Shown here piece after piece: positions 57,340-64,000 of a stretch of 64,000 bases of DNA. The DNA comes from Dehalococcoidia bacterium (GTDB lineage Bacteria > Chloroflexota > Dehalococcoidia > Lucifugimonadales > UBA1123): assembly GCA_965197685.1 (NCBI GenBank), contig CBDANP010000006.1, positions 345,344 through 409,343 on the forward strand, given 5' to 3'. Both the position numbers and the translations under genes were made by a program. Each line of letters starts with the position of its first letter. Within the stretch, counting starts at the first letter, position 1. Below the pieces are notes generated by a model. It made no database searches, was not told the DNA's origin, and worked only from the letters and a program-made list of their open reading frames with translations.

Positions 57340-58530
57340 CAGGGTCTTTCGGTTATTTTCATAACAATAGTCCGAGCAGTTGTAGAGCGCCGTTGGGTCT
57401 CCAGCCTACCCTCCTGATGGCAGCCGCTATATTCTTCTCACCACACATCCTGAGTATGTTCAGCGCCAGGTTTCTCAACGCAGCCATCACCTGTGGCGCT
57501 GAACCGGTTCGCACCTGGCTGTTGTCCTCGCCCATTGTAACGTCCCTCACATAGTGCAGACGATTTTCTATACCCCAATGACCTCGCACCAGACCAAGAA
57601 GCCTGTCTGCCGGTATCTGAGTTCCGAGACTGGTTATGGCATATCGCACCTGGCGAGTCTCCTTGCCTTTCACCATGCGCCAACTCTCCACCTTCATCAC
57701 CTGCCGCTGTCCCGGCCAGTCCAGATACGTCTTCAGCATATCCGTAGCCCACAGTCTGCGACGCTCCCAGCGGTCTCCATGACTGTCCTCGGTCTCAGCA
57801 TAGGCGTACTTCCCAGACAACGGCTCTTCAAAACAGAACTCTATGTCCTCGTACAGGCTCTTTTGGTTGCCCTTGACTATCAGCAGATAGTCCCCACCCT
57901 CGCACACAATCCGCTCGCACAACTGTCGCTGACAGTAGAGCGCGTCTCCGGTTACAACCCTGTCCGAAACAACCACTCTATCCAGCAGATTCCCCGCCAT
58001 GTTCAGTTCGGACGCTCGCTTCTCCGAACAGTCCCCCCTTTTTGACCCACCACAAGACCCTTGTGATGGGTATAGGCCGCCACCAGTCGAACTCCTGGTA
58101 TCTGATCCCCGTGTACCCCTCTCAGCGCCTTGACATCTATCGCTATTGCATCCTCCACTATTGCATCCTCTTGCGTTCCCAACCAGGACTCGACCCATTC
58201 TCCCAACACTGACTCGAACGCATCGGTGTCCATTCTTGCAAATACATTGTGCAGAGTGGATACCGCAGGGGTTCTGTCTCTTGTAAACCCCAGTTCCTTC
58301 AGTGTGTTAGGATCCTGCATCCTTCCCCATTGGGCGATGGCATAAAGACTGCGCGCGCCGCTGACCATCGCGCATACCGACAGTGACAGGATGGCGCTCA
58401 AAGGGTGGCGACGACCATGGGCTGAACGGGGATCGGGAACCTCCTCGAACGCTCTGAGTAGGCTTTTACCCAATCCCTCTGTATTCATACCCTAAGTCTA
58501 ATACTGTTCCCAAATAACCGAAAGACCCTG
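57340..58530 (-). mobile_element. ISAs1-family element
   Basis: Perfect 19-bp inverted repeats CAGGGTCTTTCGGTTATTT (57340..57358) / AAATAACCGAAAGACCCTG (58512..58530). No target duplication detected. Confidence 0.85.
57359..58488 (-). pseudogene. ISAs1-family transposase, -1 frame break at an A5G6 run
   Basis: N-terminal ORF 58003..58488 (FEEVPDPRSAHGRRHPLSAILSLSVCAMVSGARSLYAIAQWG...AIDVKALRG...) and C-terminal ORF 57359..58198 (VVTGDALYCQRQL...LLIVKGNQKSL...GHWGIENRLHYVRDVTMGED). The switch is at minus-strand AAAAAGGGGGG (58033..58043). Confidence 0.8.
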
Positions 58531-58768
58531 CAGCGATAATGGAATCGCTTGTTCCTAGTCTCGTACATGTGATGATGGAAGGCGATGGTCCAGACCAGTG
58601 TTGGGGACCGCCTTACTACCCCAGGGTCCCAAGAGACAGTTTTCCAAGTGGGAAATATCCGGATGGTTAGACGCGAACATCCCTGCATTATCCATACTTG
58701 CCATCTTAGTGAACCATCCAGGTATCCTGTTCTCTAAAGTCGACAGACTTCCTGCGGAACCGATTGAG

Positions 58769-58978
58769 ATGACGCTATTTCCAACGACAGACCGCATCAC
58801 TCAATCACCTGGCGACTTCTTAACTGCCAACGCCAACATCTTCGCCACCTTCGACCACCACACCCAGGACTTAGGCAACATATCCTTCGGCGTCCAACTC
58901 GCGGACCGATGCTACTTCGTCAAGACCGCCGGAAACTTCGCCGACACCTGTATGCGCGAGCGATTCGGGTCATGCTAG
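58769..58978 (+). pseudogene. Truncated paralog of the 61186..61596 gene
   Basis: MTLFPTTDRITQSPGDFLTANANIFATFDHHTQDLGNISFGVQLADRCYFVKTAG parallels HTPQSPADFLAAHDSIFAVFDHHTQDSGNISYGVEIGHDRYFVTTAG. It diverges and stops after 69 aa. Confidence 0.4.
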
Positions 58979-59343
58979 ACATCAGCCTCTCGTTGCAGGT
59001 GTCCCTCCTCATACGCGGTAAGCTCATAGAGCGTCAAGCCTCTCCCCTCCCGTTTCGCGGTCAGCCATTGCTTTAGCGACCTCTGACTTTCGCCAGACTT
59101 TTGCCCTGTAAGCAGCATATCAACACTAATGTCCTCGTCCAAGTCTGGCCAATGGATACCCTCGCCTGAGCCTATCAACTCCCAATTGCTCCGCTCCTCC
59201 GGCGTAGCGTGAACCAGCCTGGGATACCAAGCCAATGGCACGGAGATTATCCGTCCGTCGGAAAGTTCGGCGGTAAGACTGTCTTCGGTTACCTCGACCG
59301 TCATAGCGTCCGGTACGCTTATTTCAGTCGTTGAAACGTACAT
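58975..59343 (-). CDS. DUF2442-like protein
   Basis: LSDGRIISVPLAWYPRLVHATPEERSNWELIGSGEGIHWPDLDEDISVDMLL fits the DUF2442 pattern. Overlaps the upstream DUF4160-like gene by 20 nt. The start may be the internal MTVEV. Confidence 0.6.
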   Translation of the reverse strand: MYVSTTEISVPDAMTVEVTEDSLTAELSDGRIISVPLAWYPRLVHATPEERSNWELIGSGEGIHWPDLDEDISVDMLLTGQKSGESQRSLKQWLTAKREGRGLTLYELTAYEEGHLQREADV

Positions 59344-59560
59344 TCCACTCCCTCAAGAATGAATTCTGATTCTGTTCTATGATACGCTGAACCCGTCGTA
59401 TTTCGGTACTCCTCATTCCGCTGCTGCTTGCCAGAGCTACCGGATCCAGCCAGAACTTGGCAACCTGCCTGTCCCGCCTCACATGGACATGGGGCGGCTC
59501 TCCCCGGTCACCCAGGTAAAAGTAGAAACGATATGGACCTTCTATCAGTAATGTTGGCAT
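59324..59560 (-). CDS. DUF4160-like protein
   Basis: YRFYFYLGDRGEPPHVHVRRDRQVAKFWLDPVAL fits the DUF4160 pattern. Confidence 0.65.
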   Translation of the reverse strand: MPTLLIEGPYRFYFYLGDRGEPPHVHVRRDRQVAKFWLDPVALASSSGMRSTEIRRVQRIIEQNQNSFLREWNVRFND

Positions 59561-59635
59561 CGCTCATTGTATCCTAACGCGCATAATCCATTCCTGTCAT
59601 CAACTGGTACAACCGCGGAGCCTGTATCAACAAAG

Positions 59636-61174
59636 GTAATTGATTAGCGGCGTCGGCTTGGGGATTGCGGTTCTCTGAACATATTCTTATACTGCGGCCA
59701 TATGTTCAGGCAAAGACCCCCCACCCTGCCAGCATGGCGACCTTCTTGTCCAGGTCAACCGACTGCAAGACCGGAACGCTCGACAGTTGGCGACGATCAG
59801 GGAGTTGCAGAAGCGACTCGTCGAGGCTCAGCGAGCGGGAAAGCGTCAAGCCGCTCCGTTCTCCAAGGGCACACGAACCGCAAAGCCCAAACGTCCGGGC
59901 CGAAAGCCGGGCAGGGGATCGTTCAGCTACCGAAAGCCTCCTTCCCATGGTGACCTAACGGAACCGATCATTGAGGTGTCGGTAGCCGGGGACAGTTGCC
60001 CGGGATGTGGGGGCAGACTCGAATATGAGGGAGTGAGCTTCGCCTATGTGACCGATATTCCCCCGATGCCCAGGCCCGATGTGAAGGGATACCGGGTACA
60101 GATATGCCGGTGTCAGTCGTGTGGAAAGCGGGTTCGCGGCCGTCATCGGGATATTGCCCCTGACCAATATGGCGCGAGCGCTCACAGAATGGGCAAGCGC
60201 GTGATGTCGGCGGCCCATATACTGCACCACAGCGCGGGCGTTCCGGTGAGGAAGGTTCCCTCCATACTCAGGACTCTGAGCGGAGTGAGGATAAGCCAGA
60301 GCGCGATCACGCAGGACGCGCTGCGCCGCGCAAAGGGAGAGGTGGGAGACGCCTACCGCAGGCTGCGCGATTCGATACGCGCCAGCGCGTTCGTCCACAC
60401 CGACGACACGGGCTGGCGTGTGGGCGGAGAGTCTGCTTTCCTGATGGCGTTCGAGACGGATGAGACGACCGTGTACCAGGTACGCTCTCGCCACCGCAAC
60501 GAGGAAGTCAGAGAGTTGATCCCCTCAGACTATGGCGGGGTGATGGTTGCGGACAGGGGTCGGAGCTATGACGCGCGTACTCTGTCCGGTGTGAGACAGC
60601 AGAAGTGTATGGCGCACGTGATTCGTTCTGTCAGTGATGTGGTTGAGACCAAGGTGGGTAGAGGGCGCACCCCCGGTCGGAGCCGAGGGCATGGCTTCGG
60701 TAAGGGACTGATTGAACGTTTCAGAGAGGCGATGGAACTGCGAGAGTCATACCATCGTGGAGAGTCGGATGACTTTGTGGGAGAGTCGGAGCGGTTGAAA
60801 CGGGAGGTGTCTCACCATCTACGCGACCGTCCGATGCCGGACCCGGACAATCAGAGGCTGCTGAATGAACTCGGCAGGCACAACGACCGTGGCAACCTGC
60901 TGCGCTTTCTGGATGACCCAGGCATAGAGCCGACCAACAATCGCGCTGAGAGGGCATTGCGTGGAGCGGTGATAGCTCGGAAGGTATCTCACTGCTCGAA
61001 GAACGACGAAGGGGCTGAGGCGTTCAGTGCGTTCACGAACGTGATCAAGACGCTGAGACGAGCTGTTGACGACGAGGCGCTGGTGGATGCTCTCTGCGAT
61101 GTGTTCGGTGGCGGTCCCGTTCCCAGCCGTTCCTCCTGAACATCTTCCGCAATAATACCCCGCTAATCAATTAC
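59636..61174 (+). mobile_element. IS66-family element, copy 3 (1539 bp, diverged)
   Basis: Same terminal repeats. 8-bp target duplication CAACAAAG at 59628..59635 and 61175..61182. Confidence 0.9.
59787..61139 (+). CDS. IS66-family transposase (diverged copy with 7-aa insertion)
   Basis: 450 aa. Collinear with copies 1/2 but with many substitutions, and GRGRTPGRSRGHGFGKGL in place of GRGRSFGKRL. Confidence 0.85.
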   Translation: MATIRELQKRLVEAQRAGKRQAAPFSKGTRTAKPKRPGRKPGRGSFSYRKPPSHGDLTEPIIEVSVAGDSCPGCGGRLEYEGVSFAYVTDIPPMPRPDVKGYRVQICRCQSCGKRVRGRHRDIAPDQYGASAHRMGKRVMSAAHILHHSAGVPVRKVPSILRTLSGVRISQSAITQDALRRAKGEVGDAYRRLRDSIRASAFVHTDDTGWRVGGESAFLMAFETDETTVYQVRSRHRNEEVRELIPSDYGGVMVADRGRSYDARTLSGVRQQKCMAHVIRSVSDVVETKVGRGRTPGRSRGHGFGKGLIERFREAMELRESYHRGESDDFVGESERLKREVSHHLRDRPMPDPDNQRLLNELGRHNDRGNLLRFLDDPGIEPTNNRAERALRGAVIARKVSHCSKNDEGAEAFSAFTNVIKTLRRAVDDEALVDALCDVFGGGPVPSRSS

Positions 61175-61185
61175 CAACAAAGATT

Positions 61186-61596
61186 ATGTCCTTCCATGCA
61201 ACACGCCACACCCCTCAATCCCCCGCCGACTTCCTCGCCGCCCACGATAGTATCTTCGCAGTCTTCGACCACCACACCCAGGACTCCGGCAACATATCTT
61301 ACGGAGTGGAAATCGGACACGACCGCTACTTCGTCACGACCGCTGGCCTCGTTGACGACGACAAGCCCTTTGACCACGCCTCTCGCGCCGGTGTCCTGAG
61401 AAACGCCGTGCGACTCGCCGTGAGCTGCGACCACTCCCTGCACAGGAAACCCTTCAGAGGAACCGACGCCCAATATGAGACAATGCTCCGCGCGTGTAGC
61501 GACATCCCAGCCGCTCGCTTTCAGACCGTATTTGAGTTCCGCGATGATTGGCTGAAAACCAGTTACAACTTTGCTAAGGAGGTTATGTATGAGTAG
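61186..61596 (+). CDS. Hypothetical protein (possibly kinase/phosphotransferase-like N-lobe)
   Basis: 136-aa ORF starting 12 nt after IS66 copy 3. FDHHTQDSGNISYGVEIGHDRYFVTTAG weakly resembles the Gly-rich loop plus K-strand of APH-type kinases. Assignment is tentative. Confidence 0.4.
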   Translation: MSFHATRHTPQSPADFLAAHDSIFAVFDHHTQDSGNISYGVEIGHDRYFVTTAGLVDDDKPFDHASRAGVLRNAVRLAVSCDHSLHRKPFRGTDAQYETMLRACSDIPAARFQTVFEFRDDWLKTSYNFAKEVMYE

Positions 61597-61981
61597 TGAA
61601 TGTGGTCCTGTAGAACGTGCTGTTAGGAACTCACTGAGTGAAGGAGAGAAGTTGCAGACTCCTAGTGGCAGAGGTACGCTATTCACTATTGATAAGTTTG
61701 ATCGGACCGAGGTCAGATTGAGCGTAGGCACAACAGGAGCCCCTATAATCATCAGTTGGCATGAATTCGAAGGTGTCGTTCCCTATTTGAGAGAACTGGG
61801 CGGAGAAATTGGAATCGGGGCCGTAAATGCGGTTACTGGCCAACCAGCAACCCTTGATGACTATTTCAAGAGTTCGTCAACAGTCAGAAGGTCAAATTAC
61901 GCTGCATCAATACTGGATAAAGCAGGAATTGTCGAAATCGTCCATACTACACCGATGCAAGTCCGCCTTAGAGATAGATGA
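61589..61981 (+). CDS. Hypothetical protein
   Basis: ATG 61589 overlaps the stop of the preceding ORF by 8 nt (translational coupling). No recognisable motif. Confidence 0.4.
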   Translation: MSSECGPVERAVRNSLSEGEKLQTPSGRGTLFTIDKFDRTEVRLSVGTTGAPIIISWHEFEGVVPYLRELGGEIGIGAVNAVTGQPATLDDYFKSSSTVRRSNYAASILDKAGIVEIVHTTPMQVRLRDR

Positions 61982-62013
61982 TAGATTGCAATAATGCGGA
62001 GAGGTAAACACCC

Positions 62014-62937
62014 ATGAACATAGGATTTATCGGACTCGGCACAATGGGCGGCTCTATGGCGTTGAACGCGATCCGGGGCGGGCACGATCTTGTCGTCCAC
62101 GACATCAGGCGCGAGTCGGCGACTCCGCACCTGGAGATGGGCGCGGAGTGGGCGGACACCCCGCGCGAGGTCGCGCAGCGGTCAGATATTGTGCTCACGT
62201 CGCTGCCAGGCCCCGTTGAGGTGGAGGCGGTCGCCCTCGGCGACGACGGACTTGGCGAGGGACTGAGCGAGGGCAAGGTCTATCTCGACCTCAGCACCAG
62301 TTCCCCCGACCTCATTCGCAGGATACACGCCGAACTCACGCCGCGCGGGATTCACGTTCTGGACGCCCCCGTCAGCGGCGGCCCGGAGGGCGCTCGCACC
62401 GGCAGGCTGGCCATATGGGTAGGCGGCGACAGGGATGTTTACGAGCGTGTGAAGCCAGCTTTGGACTCGATAGGAGACCAGCCATACTACGTGGGGCCGG
62501 TCGGAGCGGGATCGGTTGCCAAGCTCGTGCATAACTGCGCCGGCTACATAATCCAGGTAGGGTTGGCGGAAGTGTTCACTATGGGCGTGAAGGCGGGAGT
62601 GGATCCGCTCGACCTGTGGCTCGCCGTCCGGCAGGGAGCGCAGGGCAGGCGCGGCGCTTTCGAGCGTCTCGCCGACCATTTCTTGATAGACAGCTATGAC
62701 CCGCCCGACTTCGCGCTGAGGCTGGCGAGAAAAGACATGGACCTAGCCTGCCAGGTCGGAAGGCAGTATGACGTGCCTATGAAACTGGCGAATCTCGCGC
62801 TGGCTGAGATGACCGAGGCGCTGAACCGCGGCTGGGCCGACCGCGACTCCAGGGTCGCAATGGTTCTCCAGGAAGAGCGCGCGGGCGTGAAGGTGAACAC
62901 CACCTCCGAGGCCATCCGCGCCGCCTTGGACAGTTAG
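62014..62937 (+). CDS. NAD(P)-dependent 3-hydroxyisobutyrate/6-phosphogluconate dehydrogenase-family oxidoreductase
   Basis: MNIGFIGLGTMGGSMALN Rossmann motif. DAPVSGGPEGA and GAGSVAKLVHN blocks typical of the HIBADH family. GAGAGG upstream of the ATG. Confidence 0.85.
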   Translation: MNIGFIGLGTMGGSMALNAIRGGHDLVVHDIRRESATPHLEMGAEWADTPREVAQRSDIVLTSLPGPVEVEAVALGDDGLGEGLSEGKVYLDLSTSSPDLIRRIHAELTPRGIHVLDAPVSGGPEGARTGRLAIWVGGDRDVYERVKPALDSIGDQPYYVGPVGAGSVAKLVHNCAGYIIQVGLAEVFTMGVKAGVDPLDLWLAVRQGAQGRRGAFERLADHFLIDSYDPPDFALRLARKDMDLACQVGRQYDVPMKLANLALAEMTEALNRGWADRDSRVAMVLQEERAGVKVNTTSEAIRAALDS

Positions 62938-62946
62938 AGTGACTTG

Positions 62947-63531
62947 CTAAGTTTCGGATACGCTATGAGAAAAGGCGGCGTCAGAAGAATAGAGAGCGTC
63001 GCCTCTAAGCAATCTGTAACCCCTCTGATTAGTTATATGGGTTGCTATCCTGTTGATAAGCTCGGTCTTTCGTTCCTTGCTACGTGTCCGTAAACCGAGT
63101 GAGGCCGCCAGTTCGGTCAATACCGATATGGGTTCCCTTGACCGTCTGAGAAGTTCTTCGACATCAGAGCTTTCCGAGTCGTTGAGCTTTTCCACAAGTC
63201 TTTTGGCCCGATGCTTAGCGTCTCCGGATCCATTGACGTTCTTAGCTCTTGATCCTTGCTGGCCTCTAAGTCCCATCATTCTTCTGAGAGGCGCGTCATT
63301 AGCCGCGCGATCCGCTAAAATGTCGAGCCTTGACAACCCCTGTGACAGAGGCTGGCCTGATTCAGTCGTTGGGAAAGCCTCGACCAGGAGTTGAAGCTCT
63401 TGCAGAAAATCTATGGTTTCACGCAGCGTCTGGAGGAGTTCGGCCTTCTCTTCCTCTGACGGCAACGACGCTAGCAACGTTCTCAGGCCCTTGAGTAGAG
63501 AGTCAGTTGTGTAGTGAGATGTGCTTTTCAT
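62947..63531 (-). CDS. Hypothetical protein
   Basis: 194-aa ORF, helical/charged composition, no recognisable family. Confidence 0.35.
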   Translation of the reverse strand: MKSTSHYTTDSLLKGLRTLLASLPSEEEKAELLQTLRETIDFLQELQLLVEAFPTTESGQPLSQGLSRLDILADRAANDAPLRRMMGLRGQQGSRAKNVNGSGDAKHRAKRLVEKLNDSESSDVEELLRRSREPISVLTELAASLGLRTRSKERKTELINRIATHITNQRGYRLLRGDALYSSDAAFSHSVSET

Positions 63532-63557
63532 TCCCCCGCCTCATACAATCACAATAA

Positions 63558-63995
63558 TTATGGGAGCAATTGTCGTAATTCCCGCGTTATCTCAGGATAC
63601 TCATTCTTGATAGCCGCGCGTCGGGCGTTAGGCGAGATATGCTCCCAGACCGGAACTTGGTTTTGTGCTGCCTCGCTGTAACCGATCAACTCAGTCGTGT
63701 ATGTCTGTACGACTTTATTCTGAGCATATGATCTTTGAGAAATCGCGCTTATCGTGTCGAAGTGCGTAGTTGTGATCATAGAACCTCCAATCCGAACTTT
63801 GACAAATACGATTGCGCCCAAGTCGGATACACGATGTCCACCACTCTGTCCCGCAAATGTGTAAGCGGCTGATATATTATCGCCTATCCTGCGTACCTTA
63901 TCCGTAAGGATGTTCAATCCAATGGTAGAGAGATGGTCTGGTATGGCGGTAACAACATAATAGTCACTGGCGTGAAGCGCGTTCTGGGTCATCAT
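63558..63995 (-). CDS. Hypothetical protein
   Basis: 145-aa ORF, 26 nt upstream of 62947..63531 on the same strand. No recognisable family. Confidence 0.35.
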   Translation of the reverse strand: MMTQNALHASDYYVVTAIPDHLSTIGLNILTDKVRRIGDNISAAYTFAGQSGGHRVSDLGAIVFVKVRIGGSMITTTHFDTISAISQRSYAQNKVVQTYTTELIGYSEAAQNQVPVWEHISPNARRAAIKNEYPEITRELRQLLP

Positions 63996-64000
63996 ATATA

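Larger units (their letters stand above)
53337..58747 (-). mobile_element. IS701-like element carrying three nested IS insertions (outer boundaries approximate)
   Basis: Transposase fragments on the minus strand read ...QRTWLKAQILLVGAILSPRKRTITSALRVMGLSDD...LLCTETTV | DPVQVIHWFALRWRIEV | TFQEARAHLGVETQRQWSDRAIART... across the inserted elements. Possible termini TCTACTCGACTTTG (~53336) / AAAGTCGACAGA (~58736..58747). Confidence 0.5.

Noticed and set aside
1-64000. Search for rRNA, tRNA, CRISPR arrays, retron-like or riboswitch-like elements.
   Set aside because: No convincing candidate was seen by eye. This is a limitation of manual inspection rather than proof of absence.

Overview
This 64-kb window is an accessory, transposon-riddled stretch of a bacterial chromosome. 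I found no rRNA, tRNA or CRISPR array by eye. It falls into four blocks.

(i) 1-10.7 kb: a nucleotidyltransferase+HTH toxin-antitoxin-like pair, a J-domain protein, a Uma2 nuclease and a frameshifted Gfo/Idh/MocA oxidoreductase. An IS cluster follows. It holds an IS1182-family element with perfect 19-bp inverted repeats (IRs) sitting between two IS relics, and an rve-type IS that splits an HsdR_N-like nuclease gene.

(ii) 10.7-25 kb: one co-directional minus-strand defence array. The order is prokaryotic viperin, HTH/TPR protein, SBD-HNH nuclease, then a type I R-M operon (hsdM, a fused ABC-ATPase/DUF4435 PARIS-like gene, hsdS, brnT, hsdR). HsdR carries a BrnA-antitoxin-like N-terminal extension. 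A NucS-like/DUF4268 gene lies divergently.

(iii) 25-40 kb: a MITE, an SOS-box-like promoter and imuB-dnaE2 (both frameshifted). Then come a 1817-aa secreted protein with 12 CARDB-like repeats, a secreted LRR protein, an HTH membrane protein and a short tyrosine recombinase.

(iv) 40-64 kb: a second, inverted NTase+HTH pair. Next is a 1457-aa Cap4/DUF4297-nuclease STAND NTPase (Avs-like) gene split by an IS630-family element, and its 487-aa partner gene split by an IS66-family element. Both junctions can be reconstructed exactly. After that come a DUF4238 gene and a degenerate DNA methyltransferase truncated by a nested IS pile: an IS701-like element hit by IS982-like, IS66 and ISAs1-like elements, with a 135-bp MITE inside the IS982-like one. 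The block ends with a DUF4160/DUF2442 pair, a third IS66 copy and a few ordinary genes.

Caveat: at least nine frame breaks occur in otherwise recognisable genes, several at homopolymer or dinucleotide runs. Real pseudogenisation cannot be separated from assembly indels using the sequence alone. All family calls come from motif recognition by eye, not from database searches.
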